A stretch of DNA of 58,306 nucleotides from Neoconidiobolus thromboides FSU 785. Its lineage: Eukaryota > Fungi > Entomophthoromycota. The notes under the pieces were generated by a model. That model searched no databases. It had not been told where the DNA came from and worked only from the letters and a program-made list of their open reading frames with translations. Made by a program: the position numbers and the translations under genes. Below are positions 1 through 10,010 of the stretch, one piece after another; the stretch's first letter is position 1, and each line of letters starts with the position of its first letter. The stretch is taken from contig MU626388.1 in assembly GCA_025603075.1 (NCBI GenBank), forward strand, positions 1-58,306. Direction: 5' to 3'.

Positions 1-1
1 A

Positions 2-292
2 GCTGATATTGATGCCGATGTTTTAAGTAAAAAAGGATTAGTTGATGCTAAAGTCAAAGCTGATGTTGCCAAAGGCAGCAATGGACAATCTTTAGTATCA
101 GCTGATGTCGATGCACATGTATTGAATAAAGACGGATTAGCTCAAGCTAAAGTTAAAGCTGATGTTGCCAAAGATGGACGTGGTAACTCTTTAGTATCAG
201 CCGATGTCGATGCTGATGTATTAGGTACTAAGAATGGACCTCATCTTGCAAACGTCGATGCTGATGTTGAAGTATTGAAACACAAAAATTAA
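2..292 (+). CDS. 3' end of a tandem-repeat protein (33-aa units ADVDADVLxKxGLxxAKVKADVAKxxxGxSLVS); 5' part outside window
   Basis: Open frame from base 2 to TAA at 290-292; 99-bp units at 2-100 and 101-199 and a partial third from 200, with codon-like divergence; absent from ORF track because there is no start codon in the window. Confidence 0.8.
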   Translation, partial: ADIDADVLSKKGLVDAKVKADVAKGSNGQSLVSADVDAHVLNKDGLAQAKVKADVAKDGRGNSLVSADVDADVLGTKNGPHLANVDADVEVLKHKN

Positions 293-963
293 TTCATATA
301 ACTCCTTAACTTTTTGCCTCTCACCTTTCATAATGGCTCTAATGCTTGTTAAATATCGTTCCAGTTATTTACTATAGTTGAAGCATATTAATATCATTTA
401 AAGGCTGAAATTTTAATTAATCAATAAAGTATAGTGTAATTTAATATATATTCTGTTTTTTGTTCATCTGTGTTTATAAGATATTCAAAGCAAAAAATGC
501 ATCAATAAGAACTATTTACATTTAATAGGCTTTTCATTATAATTATCGCCACTTTTTATTTTTATCTATTTTAAACTATTATTTTTAATATTGTAGTTTA
601 TGACTAATTTGTGATTTTATTTTTTTACTTAAAATCTTACAAAAACAGTAAATTTTATTATAATGATTTTTTAGTATACTATATTTATATACCTTTAGTA
701 ATAACCTTTGATTGATTTATAAGGTGGGTACCCTAATCACTTAGATATTTAAAAATAATGATAAAGACTAATGGGGAATCAATGAGTCTCCAGTCCAGAT
801 CTTGTATAAGTAGCACATTTCTGATAACAATATAAATACAGACTTTTATTGAGCTAAGGTGGACTCAAGAAAGCCTAAAAGTAGATAGCAGAATTTAAAA
901 AAATAATCTATCTAAAAGTGTCTTTCCGTATTTCAGTATTTGCACTAATTTTTTAAATCTTAT

Positions 964-1062
964 GGGGATGTATTTTTGTATTTAAGAATTTTACCAACAA
1001 ATTTTCCACTCAAATAGCGCTTAAAAAATGGAAAAAATAATGAAGTCAAAAAAAACACTCCC
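964..1062 (+). mobile_element. ~98-bp MITE (Sola-like non-autonomous element)
   Basis: GGGGATG...CACTCCC ends; perfect 4-bp TSD TTAT. Confidence 0.9.
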
Positions 1063-1111
1063 TTATGCTATAAAATGGACAAATAGTCAATTAGAAATTA
1101 TGAATCTATAT

Positions 1112-1208
1112 GAGGATGTTTTTTTGATTTCATTACTTTTCCATTTTTTAAGCGCTATTTAAGTAAAAAAATTGTTGGTAAAATTCTTGAACACAAAAAT
1201 ACATCCCT
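1112..1208 (-). mobile_element. MITE copy, inverted relative to 964-1062
   Basis: GAGGATG...CATCCCT; ATAT on both sides. Confidence 0.9.
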
Positions 1209-1715
1209 ATATGTAAAACCACTTGAACTAACATTAATATAGAATAGTTAGCCTTTAGTAGAAGAAGAATAAGTGAGTTGATAGGGAGATGAGTGGATTT
1301 TTTTAATTTTTCGGAGTTATAGATAGTCTATAAGTTTTATAAACTACAAACAAAAACAATGATAACAGTCAAAGTTAGATTTAAGTTAGGTATATACCTA
1401 ATTTATAAGCTTCTATTAATAAAGGTTTTTTTGGCAGCTTCAAAAATTAAAGTCAGCATCCACTATGTTTAAATATGTTCTGTCAACTATACAGCTAGCT
1501 ATACACTTAATAAATTAAAAAATAAAATGTTTTTAAAAAGTTCGACTTGAAATTTAATTTTAAGCTAATTTGGTATAATAAATTCCAGAGCTTGATCATA
1601 GCTTCAAATAAAATAAAAAATTGTAGTAACTATTATTTGTCTTATCGAATTCGACAAAGACAACTTGCGTTTCATTTTAAATGGTTGGGAGTATAAGCAA
1701 TATGGTATTATATAG

Positions 1716-2105
1716 TTACAAAGTTGATGGTATTCTTGTGTTATCTTCTCTAGGCTCTGAAAGATGGCGAAGGGTAGTCTCATTAACTTAACAATTCCCT
1801 TGATTGACCATATGGGGATGTTTTTTTGGTTTGATTACTTTTTTTGTTTTTTAAGCACTATTTGGGCGGAAATATTATTAGTAAAATTTCTAAATAAAAA
1901 AATACATCCACATATTCATATTTCCTATTTGATTCAGGTTTAAATTACCAGTTAGACTAACGTTATTACCATTCATTTTATAACAATATGAAAAAGTATC
2001 ACCGTTGTCACTATTGTTATTGTTATCCAAATGAACGTCTAGGTCAATAAAAGTTAGACTAGTAACAGTATTCGGAGGTTTTCTCTTTTCAATCTATCTT
2101 TGGAG
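1716..2105 (-). pseudogene. Fragment (cytoplasmic tail only) of the kelch-like membrane protein family, interrupted by a MITE
   Basis: Reverse complement aligns by eye with the 3' ends of 20105-21583 and 46341-46580; ends ...EDNTRIPSTL* versus EDYTRVPPIM*. Confidence 0.75.
1814..1911 (-). mobile_element. MITE copy inside kelch-family fragment
   Basis: ATAT TSD; homologous empty site at about 46430 has a single 4-bp equivalent. Confidence 0.9.
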
Positions 2106-2682
2106 TATATGGGGTTGTCTGAATTAGTTTCATTATTTTATCCAATTTTTGAAAAGAATTGTATTTTAAAAACTTCGCTTAAAATTCTATAAAATCAAAT
2201 TTTTTATTAAAACAAAAGTACCTAAACACAGTTCTAAATCATTCTATTATAGTTCATACTGTAAGTTAGTTGAATTTCTACTAGATCTTAAATACATGTT
2301 CTTATAAAGCTTAATTGAGAAATATTTATTATCAACTGCTTTATAACCAACATCGTAGATTTATTATCAAATAAATAAACTATTTTAATGTTATAATTAC
2401 TTACTAATATATTGCCAAGTTAATAAATAGCTGCATGGGAGGGAGTGGTCAGCCCCAAAACTATAATTAACCATCCCTATATAGTACAAGTGATAATAGT
2501 TTTTACATATTATTACAGTTACTTGTTCTTTGACTATTTATTAACTTAGCTATTAATAACTTAAGTAATCTTAACATTTAACAATCTATTTCTATCATTC
2601 AACAGACTACTTGCTTAGTAAATATCGAAAATTTTAAATTCTCTGTCATCTTCGTAAGATAAGCTGGGATTGATCTTTTAAT

Positions 2683-2724
2683 TTTTCTATTTTCTATTTT
2701 CTATTTTCTATTTTCTATTTTCTA
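2683..2724. repeat. (TTTTCTA)6 microsatellite
   Basis: Direct reading. Confidence 0.95.
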
Positions 2725-2763
2725 TAGACTCTATAACTCTAATTGGAACTATATTGCTTTTTT

Positions 2764-4194
2764 TTATGTATCAAATACTGGACAACAATGTAATTTATTG
2801 TTATATTTAATAAATTGTAAATACTTCTTAATACCTTGCATCTATGTTATTCTTTTTGTGTTTTTGTTTCTTTCATACTTTTTAAAAATTGTATCTGTTT
2901 TCCCATTATTAACAGTCGAGTTATTAATTTCATCATGCTCGCAAATAAAAGTCTTAAATCTTGAAATTAGTTGATTGATATCTTCTATTTTACCTAACAT
3001 TTCAAAATTACTTTTCCATTTTGAAAGGTTTCCAAAATGTTCATCAACTATACTTTTTCCATGATTCTCAGCAAAGAAATTAAGATTAACATTCAAACTA
3101 CTATTTATTTTGTGGATTTCTTTAAACACATAATGTAGGAACTCCTGGGATTTAAAATGATTTTCTGTATCTCCCCATATATTAGTTTTTGTAAACTTTT
3201 TAAATAAAAGCTCTGTAGAGATTAAATCGATTAAACAATCTCCTGCATACGCTGAATCATAATTCAATATTCCAGATAAATAACCAAAGTAAACTTCCCC
3301 TATTGTTTTATCATCTTTTAAATATAAAACGCCAAAACCTAATGCCGATATAGCTTGTTTATTATAATGATATAAATTTATTAAATCTAGTCTTGCTCCT
3401 ATTTCCATATTTTGTTTAAAATCTAAAACTATTATACAACTTTTATTATTTAGTTTCTTAATAGTTTTGTTAAATGTGTTTTTTTGAGTATCAACACAGA
3501 ATTTGTGTAATTTGTATAATCTTTCTTCACTGAAAATTTCTTTTATCTCTGCTTTGTTTTTTATTGCTGCATTTATTTTATTTTCGAATAACTTTTTTCT
3601 AACTGCATACTGGGTACATATATTACATTAATCCGTTTTTCTTGCTGGATTTTTGAAACTACTTGGTATATATTTAAAAAACGTTGACCTAGCTACTGCT
3701 TTATCTCTTAGATCATTAAAATATTTACTGTGTATCATTCTTCTACTTTTACTTACTATCATCATTTTTTTATTAAATGGGGATGTATTTCTGTATTTAA
3801 GAATTTTACTAACAATTTTTCCACCCAAATAACGCTTAAAAGATGGAAAAAGTAGTGAAGCCAAAAAAAACAGCCCCAAATCTTGATGAAATAGTTGAAT
3901 CATTTAGTAAATATTGTATAATAGTTTCAATTTGGTCATCTTCAATTTTTTTTTGTATTTTTAATAATAGGTTGTAATGTTGATATTTTACTACTGTTAT
4001 TACTTATTTTTGAATAATCATATTGATAATAACGCTACTTGTTGATCTTTATTTCCTGTTTCCCTTAGAGCACTAATTTTATACATTGCTTGATTAAGTT
4101 TATTATTATCGATAGTAAACTTTGATAATATATCTTTTCTTTGTTTTGTTTTATTATAAAATTCCATAAATCTTGGGTTGTTATAAGTAGCTCT
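2764..4194 (-). mobile_element. Decayed Sola-like DDD/E DNA-transposon transposase gene
   Basis: Joining the frames (removing MITE 3779-3877, reading through stops at 3628 and 2842) gives PARKTD*CNIC...HKFC...CIIVLDFKQN...YHY...IWGDTENHFKS...FFAENHGKSIVDEHFG...GIKKYLQF; 3627-3409 is in frame with the 188-aa ORF. Confidence 0.7.
3779..3877 (+). mobile_element. MITE copy inserted in the transposase gene
   Basis: Perfect AAAT TSD; the paralogous copy at about 57990 has the empty site with a single ATTT. Confidence 0.95.
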
Positions 4195-4659
4195 TGTGAA
4201 ATATCGCTTTGTCAGTCCCATGGTTAACTATAGCATAACAATCGCCTAAGCTGTTGTATTCTTGAGTTCAGAGAAAATCAATCCCACGTTCTTAGTTTGA
4301 TTTGTTATGAGAATTTCTAGCTCCATCCCAAAGAATATTATCTTCTCATTTTGATATTTATACTTTTCAGAGTATAAAAGAGATTTTAGAGTATAGTAGT
4401 TCGAGGCTTTTTAACTGAATTATTCCCTGATATCTCGAACATTTAATAAAGCCAGTAAGTTTACTTAATAGTATTTTACATAGATTTTACATTAGTATTG
4501 TCTATTCTATTTGTTTTGTATAGCATGTAGCCTATCACATGCTGTTCTTCATAATCTAAGTCTATCTTAGTCACATAAACTAAGACCTTTCGACTTATAG
4601 TGTAGTCAATCAGATAATAGCTGTTTTTTGGCTCCAAACACTAAGTACCAGATTTCACA
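4195..4659 (+). mobile_element. ~465-bp solo-LTR-like repeat
   Basis: TGTGAAAT...ATTTCACA inverted ends, internal TATAAAAG then AATAAA; second copy at 25794-26260; no clear TSD. Confidence 0.55.
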
Positions 4660-4961
4660 TATTTGAATTTATAAGATTATTTAAAATATTTAAATTTATT
4701 ATCTTCATTATTAAGTTTATGGAACTTGATTTATTATTTAATTTTGGTAAAATCAAATAAAGTATGTACTAATTTAAGTATTATTTAACAAGTAGCAGTA
4801 TAAAATACTGATTTTGAAAAAGATGATTAAATTTAAAACATTGCGACTTTTAGAAAAATTCTCATTTAATCTTTTAATAGTTTAATGGCTACTATATTTA
4901 ACATGAATTGGTTTAAGAGATTTCCTTTTTAGTGATTTAGTATAGCTTTGGTTATTCTCTT

Positions 4962-6107
4962 CTAATTCTTTACCTTCTGATTTTTATCCTCTAACTGATG
5001 CTTCTCACCTTCCAAAGGTTGCTTTAAACTTTCGTCTATCCCATATTTTGAACAATTAATATCACCATAACCAATACACTTATCACCACTAGCAAAATCT
5101 TGAACCCAAAATTCATGATCCCTACCATAGCCAAAGCATTGATAATCCGTCATCATAATTTTGAAGTGATTTGGGGAATTTTTCCAGCAATTCAAAACAT
5201 CTACAATATTACCAGAACCTTGACAAATATTTTCACCACCTGCACCACCTTTGTAGCCTTCAAGATGAATTCGATCCATAAACCCTTTGGTTTCTGGAGT
5301 AAAACCTTCATGCGACAAGGTTTGATGTTGTTTCATTGCTTCAGCATGTTTTTGTGCTGCAAGCATTATACGATGATCTAAAAGCACATCCCTTTTACCA
5401 TTTTCTCGACGCAAAGCATTCAATCGACAGATCATCTCTTTTCCTTCTTCATTTAGGCTGCTGTTGTTTGGAGTTGTTGTATTCAGCTCCTTTCCCAGTT
5501 TTTTATCTTCAGGTTTCTCCTCCTCAGGCTTCTTATCCCCAGGTTGGGATCCGTCACCTTCAACAGTTTGTTTTAAACCTTCATCGATCCCGTATTTAGT
5601 ACAATCAATATCACCGTAACCTTGACAGGCTTCGCCGCTGGCAAAATCCTGAACAGAATAAATATCTTCTCTTCCATAGCCAAAACAATCACTATCACCC
5701 ATCATATTTTCAAAGTGCCCAGGGGAGTTTTTCCAACATTTAATGGTATCAGCTGCATTTTTTGCGCCTTGACAAACATTTTCAGCACCAGCGCCACCTT
5801 TGTAGCCTTCAAGATGAATTCGATCCATAAACCCTTTGGTTTCTGGAGTAAAACCTTCATGCGACAAGGTTTGATGTTGTTTCATTGCTTCAGCATGTTT
5901 TTGGGCTGCTGCTGTAATACGGTAGTCAAGTAGCATATTTTTTTTGCCATTTTCTCGACGCAAAGCATTCAATCGACAGATCATCTCATTTCCTTCCTCA
6001 TTCAGCTCACGGAACTCTTCATCTCTTTTAAGTAACCTGTTACTTGGATAAGCAAAGATATCGCTTACTAAAGTAGATAATAATAGTAAAGTAAGGTAAG
6101 AATTCAT
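4962..6107 (-). CDS. Secreted protein with two tandem CAP (SCP/PR-1/allergen V5) domains
   Basis: Signal peptide, KR site, two repeats of LN.LRRENG...AAQKHAE.M...LSH...R....GY...ENV/IC...W.NSP.HF..M....FGYG...VQDF. Confidence 0.9.
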   Translation of the reverse strand: MNSYLTLLLLSTLVSDIFAYPSNRLLKRDEEFRELNEEGNEMICRLNALRRENGKKNMLLDYRITAAAQKHAEAMKQHQTLSHEGFTPETKGFMDRIHLEGYKGGAGAENVCQGAKNAADTIKCWKNSPGHFENMMGDSDCFGYGREDIYSVQDFASGEACQGYGDIDCTKYGIDEGLKQTVEGDGSQPGDKKPEEEKPEDKKLGKELNTTTPNNSSLNEEGKEMICRLNALRRENGKRDVLLDHRIMLAAQKHAEAMKQHQTLSHEGFTPETKGFMDRIHLEGYKGGAGGENICQGSGNIVDVLNCWKNSPNHFKIMMTDYQCFGYGRDHEFWVQDFASGDKCIGYGDINCSKYGIDESLKQPLEGEKHQLEDKNQKVKN

Positions 6108-7502
6108 TGCAGTTGGATTAAATTTATTTGGTTTTTTTACAATAGAATTATATTTTAGATTCGATTTATACTGTTTTAATAATTCTTTGTTTCACGATAT
6201 TCCTTGTAAATTAGTTGAGTTTTAGTCATTGGAGAAATATAAATTTAAAATGTTACTATTTCATGTATGATTTTTATTGAAGAGCACTATTTTGACTATA
6301 TTCTACTGCATAATAAGTAATATGAGTTAAATTTTATTTATTTCCACTTTTACATGTCTCACAGAATTGTAAAATAAATCTAGTTTCACTTTCACTTTTT
6401 AAGTTCTATGCAAAATAAAAATCACATTGTTTATTTATAATTCTTTTAATTAAAATAATAAATCTAAATATTATAAATTTATGTCATTGGCATTTTATTT
6501 TATAGCAATACGAATTACTTTTAACTTCACAATCATAAAATTGAATCATATTAAAATGATATTCTCAACTTTAATATATTAAATTAATCATAATATTCGC
6601 TATCAGTTCTCCATACTTCAAAGCTATATTCAATGAATAAATCATTGCCTCACCTCCTGGTAAAACTATGTGTAAACCGTAGGGGCTTTGAAGTCACTAA
6701 GCTTAGTGATGTATCAACTGATAAATCGATAAAGGTAATACAAGATAAGCTCAATCCTTAATCAACAGTAATAAGAAGTTCTGAAGCCTTCCTGGACAAA
6801 TGTAAAGTAAATATTATACTATCAATTAAATTATATCAATGCGACTGATAAGATTTAAAAGCAAAGTTTTATTTTCTAAAATAAATAAACTTTCAATAAA
6901 AAAGTATTTTATAGGAAGAGTTCCAATCATTTATGTACTTTCCATGAGTGTAAAATCCATTGATTAGCTCCACCTTGTATTCAACTTAATATATATCATC
7001 AAAATTACCAACAACTTTGGTATTGATCTTTATAATAGTTTTCAAAAAGCGTTCAACCTGCATTGAATCTCGGCTAATTAGAGTATTAGATTTGATTAAT
7101 GGTCCTGACAACTTCTTTATACCTAAGGTAGAAAAACCTATCTTTATTGAATTTATGTATATTTTTAACTACTTCCATATATCTCGAAGTGCGATCTCTA
7201 CTAGAAATTTTACTAAACTTTTTAGGATACAGAACTTATAATAGTAAGCCTATTTTATGAAAATTTAAAAACTTTATCCTATTTAAATTCTCTTCGACTG
7301 TTAATTAACTGAATTTCTTTTCTGCAAATAAGACACAAACCCTTGATAGCCTTGAGTTCTAAAAATGATCAATTAGTTAAATCCGATTTCTTTGAAATTT
7401 GTTATAGTTCTAATTAGAAAAGATGCCAGCTATAAGTCCCTTTGAACATTGAACTGATTTTAAAAATTGCTATAATTAACTTTACATAACATTAAAAATA
7501 TC

Positions 7503-7556
7503 AAAAATAAAAATAAAAATAAAAATAAAAATAAAAATAAAATAAAAATAAAAATA
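7503..7556. repeat. (AAAAAT)n microsatellite just downstream of the gamma-tubulin stop
   Basis: Direct reading. Confidence 0.9.
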
Positions 7557-7577
7557 ATATGCCAAATAAACTAATAA

Positions 7578-9714
7578 TTATTCGTAAGAACCTCTATAAC
7601 TAATAGGTCGACTAGAGCTAGTTGGTGTAGGAACAGGGGTTGATTGCTAATAAAAGAAATAAAAATTAATCAAATAATGGAATGATAAACTTAGACAAAA
7701 ACTTACCCTTGAAACAAAATCAGGAGATTCACAAGCATGATATTCATTCATTAAATCTAATACCACCTCTCTATTATAATGATAAATAAATTGAATTTAT
7801 ACATATCAAATAGAAATTAAAAGAATAAATTGTTAATATTACCTTGACGAATCAAACTCTTCAAATCCATCTGAAAATATAGGATATTTTTTATAATTAT
7901 CAATGTAAGCTTTACGACTCATTAATCTAGTATATTGGTCCAAGGTTCTTTTAAATAACTAAAAAAAACAATTCGAGATAAATTCTAATACAAAACCAAA
8001 TAATTACTTGTGTTATGGATGTATGGTTGGCTAACATTAACCCAGATACTTTGTGACTCGTTTGTACATAAGGTGATTTCTGCGTTAAGGCTACTTGGAT
8101 ACTGGCTGGCCCCCATGGAATAAATTGGGCTAATCTACGTTCTCGAATACGTATTAGGGATTTATGAACCTTTAATGAAAAATTTAAATCAATTAAATTG
8201 TGCTTAACAAAAGAGAATATGGGGATGTATTTTTCTGTTTAACAATTTTACCAACAGCCTTTCCATTCGAATAGCGCTTAAAAATGGAAAAACTGATGAA
8301 ATCAAAAAAACATCCCCACATAATATAATATATAACATACTTCCGTTGGATCTGCTTCCCCTTGAATTATATTCAATAAAGAAATATAACATGATTTTTT
8401 AGTTGGATTAGTTGTCACCATTTTATTACTTGGTTGTAATAACCGACGCATTACATCTAAAACAGTTGTTTTTCTTACTGACTATAGAAATTTAAATATT
8501 AAATTTAGTTTTATAAATTGATTGATAATATATTCAAAAAATTACTGCTGCTACTCCATCAGCTACAAATGGAGTATAAGAAGTCATTAAATAATGACAT
8601 TTTGGTGTTGGTATCAATGATGCAATTAATCCAACTAAATCATTATTCATATAACCCGGGTACCTTAAAGTGGTAGTAGAGGCAGACATAACAGTTGATA
8701 TCTAGTTTATATTTTAATATAAAACAAATAAAACTTTAGCTTCAATATTTGGATTTACCAAATGATTAGTTTGTTGAAAAGTAGGGTTTTGAATATGTAA
8801 TCTATCAGTAGCAATTCTTTCTAGTGCACCATTATCCAAAACAACCTACACATAAATTCGTTTATAAATAAAACTTATTCAATAAAAATATAATAATCTA
8901 CCTACAACAGAATCTGCGTTTTGAGTTAATCTTTTCAAAGATAATAAAGAATTATATGGTCCAACGACAACGTCAGAAGATTTTTCATTATTTGGAAATA
9001 CAGAATACGTTTGTATGATCTTTTTTGGATATCGATCATTTAAATTTTCTAAAAAAAAGGAACCTAATCCACTGCCGGTACCCCCTGCAATCGAATGTAA
9101 TAACATAAAACCCTATTATTCATTTAGTATTCATAAATTACTTATCTATTAAATTTAAAACAATGTCTTTTACCTCTAATGAATCTGATCCATCTGCTTC
9201 TCTATCGGTCATATCAATAAAATTTTCTAATACACTATCCCCTTGCTCATAACCATGAGCCCAAATATTACCAGCCCCACCCCCATCTTCCCCGATAAAC
9301 ATATTTTCTGGGTTATATAATTTCGAATATGCTGAATTATTAATCGTTTGTATAACCCTTGGTTCTAAATCAACTAGTATTGCTCGTGGAATATATTGCT
9401 CATCATCTGCCTATAGATGAAAGTTAATATCCTGGGTTGGATGCGACTTTAGGTTAGAAGATTATCAGCTTCATATTTCAACTTACTTGATAAAAAAATA
9501 CATCCTTCCTATCTCCTGCGTTATTTGTTGCATAAGGTTCTAATATTCCATCTGGACTGATTCCATGCTCGGCACATAATTGCTCCCAAAATACTTGACC
9601 AACTAATCGATAATTTTAATAATCAATTCGTTTTTGTTTTATTTTGTTTTATTGAAATTAATTACTTTGATTTCCACATTGTCCTGCTTGTACTGTTATT
9701 ATTTCCCTAGGCAT
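7578..9714 (-). CDS. TUB4: Gamma-tubulin, about 11 exons
   Basis: Spliced by hand: [18 protein letters not shown]...DRKDVFFYQ...[15 protein letters not shown]...[11 protein letters not shown]...[13 protein letters not shown]...[11 protein letters not shown]...[16 protein letters not shown]...[13 protein letters not shown]; GT-AG introns; last exon (QSTPV...GSYE*) less certain. Confidence 0.95.
8221..8317 (+). mobile_element. MITE copy inside gamma-tubulin intron (8170-8340)
   Basis: GGGGATG...CATCCCC; ATAT/ACAT flanks. Confidence 0.9.
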
Positions 9715-10010
9715 ACTTAGTTGAAAATTGAATTTGGGATAAAATAGTTAAAGAAATGACGTTTAATAATTTTTGATCTTCATGCTTGAAGTTCAAGCTT
9801 TATTGGTAAAGAAAGTAATCTTTAACAATATTACTATAAAAAGAATAAAACTAAAAGATAATAATAATTAGATTTGAACTTAATAACAACAATCGAATTC
9901 TCATCATATAAAACAGCTATTAAATAACTCATCAAATAACGTAGCAATCAAAATATCTATTTATTTGGTACTTTTTTATAAAACATATCTCTTTAAACCG
10001 AATATCTTAT

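Noticed and set aside
5100-5933. Antisense ORFs over the CAP gene, themselves duplicated
   Set aside because: Their similarity just mirrors the CAP domain duplication.
6600-7480. Decayed coding-like sequence downstream of the CAP promoter region (includes track ORF 7017-7241)
   Set aside because: No recognisable motif in any frame; probably an old TE or pseudogene relic.
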